Below the pieces are notes generated by a model that saw nothing but the letters and a program-made list of their open reading frames with translations, was not told the DNA's origin and made no database searches. A stretch of 64,000 nucleotides of DNA from contig OX597814.1 in assembly GCA_951406725.2 (NCBI GenBank), positions 145,080,001 to 145,144,000 of the forward strand, given 5' to 3'. The stretch's first letter is position 1; every line of letters starts with the position of its first letter. The translations under genes were made by a program, and so were the position numbers. The DNA is from Octopus vulgaris. Taxonomy: Eukaryota. Positions 15,562 through 28,832 of this stretch are shown in pieces.

Positions 15562-15792
15562 CTTGATTTTGCAAAAAGCTTTTGACAAGGTGGATCATGG
15601 TATGATATGCCACAAACTGCGTAATCTTGGCATAGCTGGTAAACACGGAGAGTGGTTATATGACTTTCTGAAAATAGGAGTCAGGCAGTAGTGGCTAATG
15701 GAGTCACCTCTATGAACACACAAATAGTGAGCGGTGTTCCGCACGGCTCTGTCTTGGGACCATTGCTTTTCATAGTGGCCCTCTCAGATATG
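15562..15792 (+). pseudogene. CR1-like reverse transcriptase fragment (frameshifted; absent from the ORF track on this strand)
   Basis: Hand translation: LDFAKAFDKVDHGMICHKLRNLGIAGK..WLYDFL, frameshift, then RSQAVVANG..SGVPHGSVLGPLLFIVALSDM. Confidence 0.88.
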
Positions 15793-16020
15793 AAGCCATT
15801 ATGTCTTTAAGCATTATTTTACTGGGTTTAGTCTTTCAACTGTCGCCATGATGGGGTATCATCTTCAAAAATTTAATTGATCATATTGACCTCAGTACGT
15901 ATTTCAATCTAGCATTTATTTTATAGAACTGTACTTGATGAACTGGTAACTTTGAGACTTAGTTGGACATAATACTCGATTTAACAACAAATGAAAACGC
16001 ACAAACACACACACATATTA

Positions 16021-16326
16021 GGCGCAAGAACGACTGTTTGGTTGAGAAGTTTGCTTCCCAAAACCACATGGTTCCACGTACAGTCCTTCTGCATGGTACC
16101 TTGGGCAAGTGTTTTCTACAATAAACCATGACCTACCACAGACTTGTGTCTGAATTCGGTAGAGGAAAACTGAAGGGTTGTTCATCAGAAAATGACCGAA
16201 AAGCATGTTTATAAAGAAAAGTTGTTTGTTCCATACTCCTCGTGAGCCGATTCTGCCCATAAGAAAGCAACAATACAATGTGGCTGTAGGTCATAACATT
16301 CGGATAACGCCGGGTTGCATTGCTAG

Positions 16327-16377
<51 letters not shown>

Positions 16378-16480
16378 CAAGGCATTGTTCGCCTGGGGTA
16401 GAAGACACCCAAGGGAGTGGTACTGAATCAGGAAGCATGTGGCTGGAAAGTAAATTTCTTACCACGTAGCTATGCCTGCG
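16021..16480. mobile_element. Cluster: SINE-A head (+, 16021-16180), Helitron-like 3' end (16185-16326), SINE-A head (-, 16380-16480)
   Basis: SINE heads recognised by similarity to 50731. ttcggataacgccggg...CTAG|T matches the Helitron terminus at 20873-20900. Confidence 0.6.
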
Positions 16481-17493
16481 TCTACATAAATACATACATA
16501 CATATGTGTGTGAGTGAGCGTGTAAATGTATGTGTGAGTAATATAAGATAGAAGTAGATATGTTTATTTCCAGGCATTATACAATATTGCACATTTGCAC
16601 AAGTATACGCAAACGTACAAGGAAATATACATAGATAAACGCATATATACATATTATACATACATGCACATCAAAGCTCACAGATACACATACACATGCA
16701 TACACACACAAAGACACATATATCAATCTAGCTGTCTGTGAACGTATAAAATAAATATCAAATGAATAAAAGAACCATATTTTAGGGTACAAAAAGAATA
16801 AAAGAATGCTAGATCGATAGGTATTCAAACAAAACAAAGATAGGATATAGAAATACGTTGATATACACATTGATATTAAAACATACATACTGAGATTATA
16901 CAATTGTATATACACTATTTAATATAATTGAGTGAATGATATTCAGTGGTCCGCTCTCTGAAAATGTACTGATTTGAAATGAAAGATCAAACACGGATGA
17001 GCTATTTTTTTCGATTACATGAAAGAGATAGCGATTTGTTTTGAACAAAAGAGAACCAAAACTAAAAAGAGAACCCCCCACCCCAATAAGAAAATTAAAA
17101 AAAAACATATCGACGTCGACAACAACAATACTAACTCCACCCCATCAAAGAGACAACGACCAAGAAGAAATATCTATGTGGTCGTTGACCTAGTAGAAAT
17201 GGCAGTCGAATATCTTTAAAATGAGATGCAGATACAGTTTTCCAACGGAAACGTTTAATAACATATTGCTTGAAAACCACTTGAAATACAGCAACGCGTT
17301 GGATGAAACGCTTATAAATATGGATTATCAATAATAAAGAAAACAGCTGCAAAATCAGTTGGTAGGGAGCTTAGGTAGGAACTGTTAGAAAGAACAGCTG
17401 AATTTCAATTCACATTCTAACGTTGCTTAAACGGGAGATCGAACTGAGTCATGTAATCCTAGATACCAGTAAAATGCTGTGTGTGTAAGGGCT

Positions 17494-17995
17494 GTGAAGG
17501 CGCATGGCTTAGTGCAGTGGTTACCAACCTGTGGTCAGCGGATCTCTGATGGTCCGCTATGGTTTTACTGTGGGGGTCCGTGAACTAAATTCAAAATTTA
17601 TAGATATATATATTATTTATAAATATATATATATATATATAAGGACAGGCATATTAAAAAGGGTCCATGGGAAAACTCATTTTCAATAAAAGGGGTCCTT
17701 GGTAGTGAAAAGGTTGTGGTTAGGGGTGTTTGGTTTACGATCGTAAGGTAGTGAGATCAATTCCCGAAGACACTTTATTGCACGTTGCTCCAGTCTACTC
17801 AACTGACAAAAATAAGTTGTACCTGTATTTCAAAGGGCCAGTCTTGTCACACTCTGTGTTACACTGAATCTCCCTGAGAACTACGTTAAGGGTACATGTG
17901 TCTGTGGAGTGCTCACCCACTTGCACATTAATTTCCCGAGCAGGCTGTTCCGATGGTCTGATCATCTTGAACCCTCGTCGTCCTAAACGACGGAG
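17494..17995 (+). mobile_element. SINE family C (tRNA head) interrupted in its A box by a hAT-like MITE
   Basis: gtgaaggcgcatggcttagtg, insert, then gtggttaggg...; body cacgttgctccagtctactcaactg. Confidence 0.75.
17515..17716. mobile_element. hAT/Charlie-like MITE, right TIR truncated
   Basis: Left end CAGTGGTTACCAACCT; right end AAAAGGTTG; internal GGGGTCC subterminal motifs. Confidence 0.65.
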
Positions 17996-18194
17996 AAGGG
18001 TTAAGGGCTAATATGTCCTTGCTCATGTGTCTGTTCTATAAAATTTTTCTGTAGCAAACAACAACAACGTATTGAAACAATAATACAAAGACAAAACGCA
18101 ACAGAATTATCAAGAATTCTTTTTCCCTCTCCTCGTGTGTATATGTATGTTTATGCATGAATGTGCGTATTCTTGTATATATATATATATATAC

Positions 18195-18364
18195 AGGGGG
18201 TGGTGATTCCTGCTGTACTCTTTCACCACTCTTTCTCCCACTCCTTCATCTGTTGTCCTGCTCGCTTAGCCAGCGGGGTGGCGTCATTCGAAGGCTAAAA
18301 CAATGCGAACGCATTGTGACCAGCGATGTGTAACTACATCTGATGGACTGGTAGGTCACGTGAT

Positions 18365-18372
<8 letters not shown>
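18195..18372 (+). mobile_element. SINE 3' half with structured tail (related to 35855-36035)
   Basis: ggggtggtga...gctgtactctttcacca is shared with 35973-36030. Tail hairpins are caatgc/gcattg and gtgacc/ggtcac. Confidence 0.6.
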
Positions 18373-18429
<57 letters not shown>

Positions 18430-18807
18430 AACGTCTCTCTCTTTCTCAATCAATCAATCAATCTATCTATCTATCTTATTATACTCTACATTTTACTATG
18501 ACGCATTTTGTAACCATTGTTCGTTTTGTACATCTGGACAGTTAGCTTTATTATATATTGTACAGACGTGAAATACAAACAACAATAGTTAGAAAGTAAT
18601 TCATACTAAAAGCAAAGTAATAAAGCAAATAATATATAAAGCTGAACAGAGATATGTATTATATTGACGGTTGTTGTTTCAATTTTATCAGAAATATTCA
18701 AACAAATCTGATAAATTATTGCATATATATAAACATTTAGAGTCGGGGAGCAATAGGGAAAAAATGTAGAAAGGCAAAGAAAATTTGAGAGAAATGAAGT
18801 CAGGGGA

Positions 18808-19020
18808 TGAAGGAGTGTGGCTTAGTGATTGCAAGGTCGGGATTTTTCAATTCCCTGCCCAGGCGGTGCGCTGTGCTCTTATGCAAAACATTTCATTTCA
18901 TGTTGCTTCATGGCATTCAGCTGCAAATAAGTACCTCCAGGGCAAACTGGTGTCCCGAGCAGGAGGTATGATGTGATCTCTGTCACTTGTACGCCACGGT
19001 AACAACTTAACCGGCTGTAT
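18808..19020 (+). mobile_element. SINE family C, degenerate
   Basis: tgaaggagtgtggcttagtg...gcaaaacatttcatttcatgttgct...ttcagctg. Confidence 0.6.
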
Positions 19021-19864
19021 AAGTCATGGCAATAATGTTGAGGGGTTTATAATGATGATGATAAAGACGATGATAAAAAAGTTTTGCCACATATAATTTT
19101 GCCGCGAAGAGTATAACCGGTTAAAACATTAAAACATAGTTTACAAAGTAGCCAAAAAATTGAATCAGACAGCTTGAAGAGCAAATATTTCAGGTGTCTA
19201 TGTTAGATATATAACTGTCATTTTTAGGGAAATAAAATTTACGCATGAAATCACAATCTTTAAAAAATATTTACTTGTCTTTTTTAATACTTAATAATAA
19301 TTTCCTTGATATACGTTTCTCTACATCTCTGTTATAATACTTCAAGCAAAACTAAGTAAATATTTCTTAAAGAATATGATTATATTAGGTAACTTTCACC
19401 ATCAAAAACTGACTTATGTACACAACACAAAGACATGTGTAATATTTGTTGCCCAAACTCTCCTGCACAAGTCTGTATCTCAAAGTCTCAAATGATTATT
19501 CTATAAACATTTTCAGCGAAAGTGTGTTTCAAACCTTTATACCAATCTCATTTTTACGAAGCTTTCGTCTACAATTCTTCTAATCTCCCAAAATTGCTTT
19601 ATATGCACTGCTCTACCGAATTTTTCATGGTGCTATTTCTGATGAATTCGAAATGAGAAATTGCTATGAAATTAGAAATCCTGCATCTCTTCTGCTTTGC
19701 TCATTATCTTCTTCCTCTATCACCCTCTATGACTCACTGTCAGCTTTCCTTCTTTTTCTAATACACTTAATCTCACTTTCTCTCTCTGTTTGTACACGGG
19801 CACACATGCACACACACGCAGACACCCCCACCCCCACCACACGCTCTCTCTTACACACACACAC

Positions 19865-19890
<26 letters not shown>

Positions 19891-19900
<10 letters not shown>

Positions 19901-20900
19901 TGTAGTTGTGTGAGTGTCTCTCCCCTTCGATTTAGATTCCTAACTACTCCCACATTTTGCGGTGCAGTTTAACCAAATTCGGGTATCTTATAGTCGTGAT
20001 TCATATCGAGCCCGTCTGGGTATTAGCGCGCGTCTACGATGAGTCTACGATTTAAAAAATAATTTAACATCATTTTTTATTCCATTTTAATGCATATTTT
20101 TTCGTGTGTCGATGGCGGCGGAGTTGGCGTCCACGCTCATACCTGCACCTGTGTTGCTTCTCCCCCTTCTTCCCTCCCTCGTGAAGCTGTGGGGAAGGGA
20201 GTGTAGGGAAATCAACGTCGTAATGCGTTGTCAAGGAGACCAGCGTTCTTTTAGAACAACGACTTCATGGCTTGAAGTCGCCCAAACAGAAATCGCTAAA
20301 AAAGCTGAAACAGATCCACAAAAACGGCAATTACCGCCACACAGGGCAGGTTTCCTGTGCAAACAATTTGCACAACGGAATGTTTTAGTTGTTGCACAAA
20401 TATGTATATATAAAAGTAAGGTTGTGTGTCTGTCTCCTACGATTTAGATTCCTAACTACTCCCACATTTTGCGGTGCAGTGTAACCAAAACCGGGTATCT
20501 TATAGTCGTGATTCATATCGAGCCCTTCTGGGTATTAGCGCGCGTCTACGATGAGTCTACGATTTAAAAAAAAATTACCATCATTTTTTATTCCCTTTTA
20601 ATAAATTTTTCGCTATTATATAAGGGAAGTAACTCTCTAAAAATGTCTACGATGAGTCAACGATTACAAAAAAATAATTATTATCATTGTTTTTTCCATT
20701 TTAATGCATTTTTCGCTATTATATAAGGGAAGTAACTCTCTAAAAATGTCTACGATGAGTCAACGATTTAAAAAAAAATTACCATAATTTTTTATTCCAT
20801 TTTTAATGCATTTTTTGCTATTTTTTTGCTATAACTCACAAAAAATGCTTATATAGTTATTTCCCTTACAAACCCGAGCAACGCCGGGGGATACTGCTAG
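19891..20900 (+). mobile_element. Non-autonomous Helitron with duplicated 5' module and internal tandem repeats
   Basis: 3' hairpin CCCGAGCAACGCCGGG (20873-20888) followed by CTAG|T at 20897-20900. 19891-20104 is repeated at 20405-20612, and ~110-bp units follow. Confidence 0.78.
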
Positions 20901-20919
20901 TATATATATATATATTTCT

Positions 20920-21200
20920 ATATGTATGTATGTCTTCTGTTTTCTAATTATAAATCTTACACTGAGGAGGTTGCCGGTTTTCAACAAAAATACAAGGCTT
21001 CATCTTTAAGATGTAGTTAACACAGACAAATTCACGTTTGTCTTGAGAAAAGTCTTGCATATTTTCACTGTTCTGCTCACAGATTGCACTTGTAATGTAC
21101 GAATTTGCCGGTCGATTTCTCTTTCTGAAAATCCCAGTTTATCCAGATTCTCCTTTAAGTATTTATTACGAAAACTTAGAGCTCCAATTATTATTGATAT
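20920..21200 (-). mobile_element. R4/Dong-like LINE 3' end (restriction-like endonuclease C-terminus, 3' UTR and (TACA)n tail)
   Basis: Hand translation of 21200-21006: ISIIIGALSFRNKYLKENLDKLGFSEREIDRQIRTLQVQSVSRTVKICKTFLK. This fits the P-hhh-GALG...L..L...Q....T..I...FL terminus of R4-clade ORFs. Confidence 0.7.
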
Positions 21201-22558
21201 GAATATGCATGTATGTATGTATGTATGTATGTATGTATGTATGTATGTATGTATGTATGTATGTATGTATGTATGTATGCGTGTATGTTTGTATGTATTT
21301 ATGTGCGTCTATGTATATTTGAATGTATGTTTGTATGTATGTATGTATGTATCTATCTTTATAAACATGAATAATTCAAATGAAATATGGATCCACTAAC
21401 TCAAAAGGACAAAGGACAAATAAACATAGAAATCCTCTCCCCAGCCTTGAAAACCAACATACCAACGCAGTTTCGGCCCGTTAAAAGTCCGGAAATTAAA
21501 AATTCCATGATATATTTTCTTTCCTAAATAAACACACGCATTATATACTTATTCATCATTTAAACTTTATTATTATTCTTATTTTAGTGCCCTTTGTCTG
21601 AAATCATTCGTCACACCTCCTGTGACCTCTTCAGTGACCCTCCATCCGGCATGTCTTCAGTTCTGTTTGGTCCATTCTATCTTTCTACGGCTTGATCGAA
21701 AAGACAGAACAAGATGAAAAGAATATGGATTTGGCCCGTAGTGGTGTCGACAGAGTGAATATTGTATGATGACTCAGTTTTGCTTCAGTAATTTTTTGCA
21801 TGATCCCCATTCCGTGGTGAATTTGGTTGGTCAGATGTATGATCAATATGTCCCGGTTGTTTGTTTTTAGTTTAGTCAATGAGTGTCTAGTACTACATTT
21901 TCCAGTGGATCCAGCATGTTAGTGAAGACCGTAAAGTACCTGAACTAGGAAAGTTATATATATATTTCTTGCAGATTGAGTGACTATGTACAGATTCGCT
22001 CAATGGTTGAAAACTCGGAGATTACATGAGGAAGAATGCAGTTTTACCAAGCAGAAAGTGGCAGAAAAATAACGAATTTAACGACGGTAATCTAACCATA
22101 TGATGGTTACTTTATAGATAAATGTTCAATTGTTTTATAACACGGAGTTTCTACATTAGCCTTTCTCTTTTTCTCTTGTTTCTCCTCTCAAATATGCATA
22201 TAAACATTTAACTTTGACATTATCACAACAGTTTCCAATCTGAAATTGTTGTTTACAACTATTGTAACGCCTGATGTTGTTTATATAAAAAAAAATTATT
22301 ATTTAGTTCTTAGTTTGTATAGTTTATAATTTAATCACATTCTCATCCTAAGCATCAAATCAAAGTGATAGGTTTGCTCAAGGCGGCTAAGTTGCTGACG
22401 AATTACTGATGAGAAAGAAGTACCTAAGTTTGAATGTATGTGTGAGCGTGTTTGTGTACACATCAACTCACACACACTCATACACATGTACATACATATA
22501 TATATATATATACATGAACATACACACATATATATAAGCACATATATGCACACTTATG

Positions 22559-22608
<50 letters not shown>

Positions 22609-22884
22609 CACATATGTATGTTTGTATGCGTGTGTGAGTATGTGTGTGTATCTTTTCATCTTTTGAGGTATTAGTGGTTATGTATAAGAAAACTACTTTC
22701 AAAATCACAGTCATACATATAATACATTTCAGGGTTTGTTAACATCCTCAATCACATACGCACCACACACGCGCGTGTACACACGCGCGTGTACACACAC
22801 ATACACACTCCACAAACACACACACATACATACACACACCTATGCAATAAAAATGCAGTATATATATATATATATGTATGTGTA

Positions 22885-22920
<36 letters not shown>

Positions 22921-22938
22921 TGTATGTATGTATGTATG

Positions 22939-22978
<40 letters not shown>

Positions 22979-23279
22979 CAAGTGTGTGTGTGTGTAGAAA
23001 ATTAAAACGTTACGAACTATGATTAAATGTCTAAATAAGGTGTTTATATGAATGTAATTATTCGGTCTATTAACTGCATCTTCAGAGACACAATTTTTTG
23101 CAGCATTTACATCTATGAGACGATATAACCTATTGACAGGAATTATCTTAGTTGGGTGTACGGAGGTGCGGAATTAAATGTTTACATCTACGTTTCTGCT
23201 TTCGATCCTACCGTGTGACAATTCAGTTTGATCAGTATTCCATGAGCAAAAACGGACCAAAGGAATTTCTGCCGAAAGA

Positions 23280-23322
<43 letters not shown>

Positions 23323-23525
23323 CACAACACAACACACTCACACACACACACACACCCAAACATCTGTAAATAAGGAAATGTATAGGGTTTTGGTTTGGTT
23401 TTACTATCAGAATACTCAAATTTTAGTAGCGGCCAGAGTAGAGATAGTGCTACTAGCGTTTTTGTAATGTCAAAGGCCAGTGCTTTGAGTGTTCGAATAT
23501 TTATTGTTTATGAGAGATAAATGTA

Positions 23526-24087
23526 TTGGGATTTCTGGAAAGTTCGTGCTGATTTATAGTAGCTTATCTTTCGACTTATTTTAGAACATGGTTGAATCCA
23601 TAAAATAGGATTTGACTACACCTCCATTTAGAGCACACATTAAGCTATCTTTTCGTGGAAGGTTTATGTTCCTATAACCTATGTTAATTCTGTAACCCTT
23701 TAAAATGAAAGATAAAAAAGTTTATTTTTGGCACTTGATGTTTGGGAACCAGACAAAAATTACTGCAGATCGGCTGAGATGTATTACCCCACCGTCCATA
23801 TTCACCAGATATTGCTCCTTCGGATTTCCACTTATTCAGATCTCTGCAGAATAGTCTTAATGGTAAAAATTTCAATTCCTTGGACGACGTAAAAAGATAC
23901 CTTGATGAATTCTTTGCCATGAAAACACCTCAATTCTGGGAAGAGGGTATTTTCAAGTTAAAGGAAAGATAGAGACGCATTGTGCAAGAAAATGGTTCAT
24001 ATTTGGTCGATTAAAAATGTAATGGCAAGTATTTATTGATCTTTTTCTTTCCTTTAAAAATCGAGACGAACTTTCCGGACAACCCCA
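23526..24087 (+). mobile_element. Internally deleted mariner element
   Basis: Degenerate TIRs (ttgggatttctggaaagttcgt / acgaactttccggacaacccca) with TA flanks. Transposase C-terminus reads DVLPHRPYSPDIAPSDFHLFRSLQN. Confidence 0.88.
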
Positions 24088-24174
24088 TATAACGATAGCC
24101 GTTACGGAGAAACCAAGTTCAGAGAATACACACACACACACACACATACATACATATATATGTATATGTATGAA

Positions 24175-24212
<38 letters not shown>

Positions 24213-25009
24213 CAGGTGTGTGTATGTATGTGTGTTGATTCACAAGAAGCAATAAATTACAGAACTACAGTACAGAATACAACTGTAGAGTATTCATTAA
24301 TACATTATTACTGAAAGACTCGGTTTACCAGCTGATAATCGGAAACGAGCAACTCGGAGTACTGGAGATCGGAGACATTCAGGTAGTATATATGTCGTGT
24401 ATTGCACTCCTAATCAGTATATACAAATGCTGTATATTTGTTTAAATAATTAAAAACCGCCAGTCATATGGCATGCACACAAGTTTTATGTGAACTTGTC
24501 CGTTTTTTTTTCTACATATTGTAATTAAAATAAACAGTGGATTGAATCTCTACAGGATTATGCTTGATGTTGTTACCACTTTCTCATACGTACTACTGTT
24601 GGTAGTGCTTCTGCTACGGCGAGATATATAAGGCAAATAAGAAAATGGAGGGGTTAAACAATCGACAAACATCAGCTAGTAAACATTCAATTATACATAT
24701 TTATTAATTGATTACAAACATATGTGTAAGTGATTCAAGTAAACGAATGAAATAAGCTAATAATTACGTAAACACACACACACACACACACACACATGAA
24801 TAATAATAGATGAGTGTACAGCCGTTTCTACCATGAGGTATCCAAATCTTCCAAGTTATCCTCATCCTTACTATGTCTTACTATTAGAATATTCGGTTAA
24901 ATGAAACTTAGATGGAAACAAGCATAAATTAATTGCCAGACTTCGACTTTTACCACGTAAGTGTTTTTAACCCAATAATCTACATGCTATTTATTCATAG
25001 CTTTATTGC

Positions 25010-25440
25010 AGGCGCAAGTTGCAGAGATCGTTAGAGCTCTGAGCAAAATGCTTTGCGGCAATTCATCCTTCATTTATGTTCTGATTTCAAATTCCGTTGA
25101 CGTCGACTTTCATCCTTTCGGGTCGATGAAATTATTACAAGTTAGGCACTGAGCTCAATGTGAAAGCCTAAACCACTCCCCATCCAAATTTTAGGGATTA
25201 TTTCTTTAGCAGAAAGGATTGTTTATAGCTTTACCAAAGGTGGCGAGCTAACAGAATCGTTAGCATGCCGGACAAAATGCTTAGCGGTACATCTTCAGTT
25301 CAAATTCCGCCGAGGTCGATTGTGCCTTTCGTCTTTTTGGGGGTATATAAAATAAGTATCAGTCGAGGAATGGAGTCGATATAATCGACTTACTCCTACC
25401 CTACAAAGTTGCTGGCCTTGTGCCAAAATCTGAAACGATT
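25010..25440 (+). mobile_element. Two tandem SINE family B copies
   Basis: ggcgagct..cagaatcgttag head, ttcaaattccgccgaggtcga B-box region, and ctttcatcctttcgggtcgat core. Confidence 0.8.
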
Positions 25441-25487
25441 ATTTATAACTTATTTTTGCTGAGTTCCACCTTTAATAACAGTTTATA

Positions 25488-26756
25488 TCAGGTCATCCCA
25501 TAAGTTCTGTCCGATTTTACCTTATTTAAAACTGAATGAAATTTAATAGTATTTTAGAATGTCTAATGACATTAAAAATTATTTTTATGCATTTGTGTAC
25601 ATTTAGACTAATATTATTATACAGGATAATAGAATTGAAATTTCTTTGATTAAAACCCTTTCTAACATGGAAGTATCCAAAGAGTATTTAAGGCACATAA
25701 TAATTTATGAGTACAAAAAAAGGAAACTCTGCAGCCGAAGCGATTCGAAACATACACACTCAGTTTATGGGAAAGAATGCTTGAATGAGAGAACTTGCAG
25801 AAGATGGCTGGCAAAATTCAGAAGTGGAGATTTCAGCCTTGAAGATGAAGAGCGAACAGGACGTCCAGTTGAGTTTGATGATAATCTCTTTGAGGCATTA
25901 CTTGAAGAAAATCCTGCATTATCAGTTGAAGAATTGGCAATAAAGCTTAGTTCAAACCATACAATTGTTCATCGTCATCTTCAACAACTTGGAAAGGTCC
26001 CTAAACTTGGAAAATGGGTGCCTCATGAATTGTCCGAAAGCAACCGCAAATCCCGAGTTGACATCTGCTCTTCTCTCGCGAACTCATTTCACCCTTTTTA
26101 GATAGACATGTGACGAAAAATGGATCTTCTATCGAAATGTTAAACGTCGTAAACAGTAGCTTGGTAAAAGGGAAAAAGCTCAACCACAACCGAGTAGGGA
26201 ACTTCATGGGAAAAAAGTTCTTCTCTCTATCTGGTGGGATTGCAATGGAGTAATTCACTTTGAATTGTTACCACCTAATGCAACGATCAGTGCTCAAGTC
26301 TACCTTCAGCAATTAGAGCGTTTGAATCAAGCTTTAAAGAAAAAAACCCCGCTTCAGTGAATCGAAAAGGAGTGATGTTTCATCAGAACAATGCACGACC
26401 CCCACTGCAAAGATCACATCACAGAAGATCGAAGAGCTTGGTTGGGAAAAAATCCTCATCCACCTTATTCTCCTGACCTTGCTCCTTCAGAGTACCATTT
26501 GTTTCGTAGTTTACAGAATCCTTTGGGGGACATAACTTTCACAAGTCAGGAGGAGGTCGAAACTGACATTTCAGAGTTCTTATCTTAGAACTCAAAAGAG
26601 TTTTATATTGATAGGATTAAAAAGCTTGTAAATACAAGGAAGGAAGTCATAGATAATCAGGGAAAGTACATTGATGATTAAATTTCAATTGAATATCACA
26701 TTTGATCACTTGTTTTCTTTATTCAAAATTTGGACAGAACTTATGAGATTACCTGG
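25488..26756 (+). mobile_element. Full-length decayed mariner transposon (frameshifted transposase)
   Basis: TIRs tcaggtcatcccataagttctgtccga / tggacagaacttatgagattacctgg with TA flanks. Motifs include WVPHEL, WWD, HQNNARPH and PPYSPDLAPSEYHLFRSLQN. Confidence 0.95.
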
Positions 26757-27842
26757 TATATCGAAGTTTCTAAATTCTTTAAATGCAAACAATATATTAA
26801 ATTTGTCCACAAGTACTATAAAATATATCCATAGAGTTTAGGATTTCAATTCTTTAACATGTCATTAAACTCCTATATATTCTTGCTTCAATATAATATC
26901 AATGGCAGGAATGAATTTGCATAGAGTTAAAATTTACTAATACAAATATTCGAAACAGAATATTTATCAGAATAGAAATAAAGACCTCAATGATATTTAA
27001 AAGTTTTGTTGTTATTTAATTTAAGCATATGAATGTGGATACGATGAGTAAGTCATTTCTTCAGGGACGGATTTTGACACATTTCAAAATTTATCCTTAA
27101 TGAAACGACTTGAATATCACATTCAAATGCGTTAATTATATTATTAATTAGATAAAGATAATCTGGTTGTATGTTTGCATTTAAAGCATGGAAATAAACG
27201 TAAAATATAACAATGGAAGTTTAAAATATCACCGAAACCTTGGTTTTCTCTTATTTCATACATACATATATGTGTATGTTTATTTCAGCGTGAAGTGAAA
27301 ATCGGTACGTACGAAAAGTAATATTCTACCATATTCGTTTCGGTTTAACATTTGTGTCTCTGCAACGTTTTATGATAGGGTAGAGATTTGAAATATTTTT
27401 GTAGTTTTCGGTTAACACATTTCTGTTGTATAAGCTGAGAAATCAGTACAGAGCGTTTAGATGGTGAATCTCCTACCAGTGGACGTTGGTTTTCGATACA
27501 GGTATGCTACTTCTGCATTTTTCTTTTGCTTCAGATTAACAAAGTATGACAGTTTCTCATTGCTCTACTTCTTTGGAAGAAAAAGATTAAAGTCGCAAAG
27601 AATTCGTGGAGTCAGCAACGACATGCGTATCCTCATTGTGTTCTCTGAGTAGGTAGTTATAATTCACCTGTTTTAAAATCGGCAGCGGTTTTCAGAAATT
27701 TCATCGTTAAACATAGCCCATTGAAGTATTAGCCATTATTATTGAAATTGAAAACGAGAGAAATAATTTCTCTAAAACATAAACACCTCGAATAAGATCA
27801 TAGTTCTTATTACAAATTATATAAAGTACACAGAAACTCACG

Positions 27843-27884
<42 letters not shown>

Positions 27885-28101
27885 CTACGGATGTAAATGT
27901 CTATAAGCCTCTTCTTTCTTTCTTTCTTTTTCTCTCTTTCTTACTTAGAAATGGATACGTGGCGTTCAATCATATAATAATATAAATAATATATATATAT
28001 ATATATGGCAAGGAAAAATTATAAAATGGCAGAATTGAAGGTAAATTTTAATGAAAATGGGTTTATGAAAAATTAAAAAAATTAAAAAAAATATATATAT
28101 T

Positions 28102-28143
28102 AATTCAAAGGGGTTTTCGTCGCAATGCAACTTTTCAAGAATT
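28102..28143 (-). ncRNA. Minimal type I hammerhead motif, U3-A8 core variant
   Basis: Minus strand: AATTC-TTGAAAA-GTTGC att GCGAC-GAAA-A cccc T-TT-GAATT. All three stems pair. Confidence 0.75.
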
Positions 28144-28832
28144 GTAAGGTGAAAAGAAATTTTTTTCATAATTGAGGAGGGGAAAAATGAAAATCACATT
28201 GTTTTTTTGCAAAAAAATAATAATAAGCATATACAAAAATTAAAAAATAGGTACACCGATACATTGTAAAATCTTTGTGTATCTCGAATTCAATGATAGT
28301 ACTTGGAGAAATTACCTTGGAGGATTAAGATCCATGTGATTAAATCCATATGGTGTTTAATTTGGGATGTTTGTTAAATGAATGTCAAAGCAGGAAATGG
28401 GGTAGGAGTTATCCAGTTCCTGTGAGTAAGGGGAGACAACTCTGTGGGTTTTATGCTCTTCAATTGGGATTATCAAATTTTTGTAAGATAGGATGTTAAT
28501 AAACCTTAAATTATAAAATTATCATTTTAGCTTCATTTGCATTATCTTTTTTTATATAATTGTTTGCTAACTTAACATTCATATTTTAACACTATTTATA
28601 TTGTTTTCTAATTATATAGATTTACATAAACCAATTTATAATTTCATTTCAGATTGTTGTGTCATATATAATAAAAATAATAATAATAACAACAACAACA
28701 GCAACAACAACAACAACAACAACAATGATAAATAAAGAATATAAGTTTTAGCTGTAAGTGATGACTGCATGATATGCTTATATATTTGTATTAGTCCATC
28801 TATGAAGAATGAGGTAGAAAAAAGAAGTATGA

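Noticed and set aside
19633-19665. CTGATGA-ATTC-GAAA flanked by complementary bases
   Set aside because: No room for stem II and no valid UH cleavage site.
20962-21000. CTGAGGAG-GTTG..CAAC
   Set aside because: GAAA and stem III are missing; better explained as the 3' UTR stem-loop of the R4/Dong-like element.
22997-23282. Island between (TG)n and (CA)n with partial cores on both strands
   Set aside because: The geometry is suggestive, but neither half forms complete stems.
27461-27501. Possible 41-nt plus-strand exon (tttag|ATGG...ACAG|gtatg)
   Set aside because: Weak polypyrimidine tract, no recognisable peptide and no partner exons.
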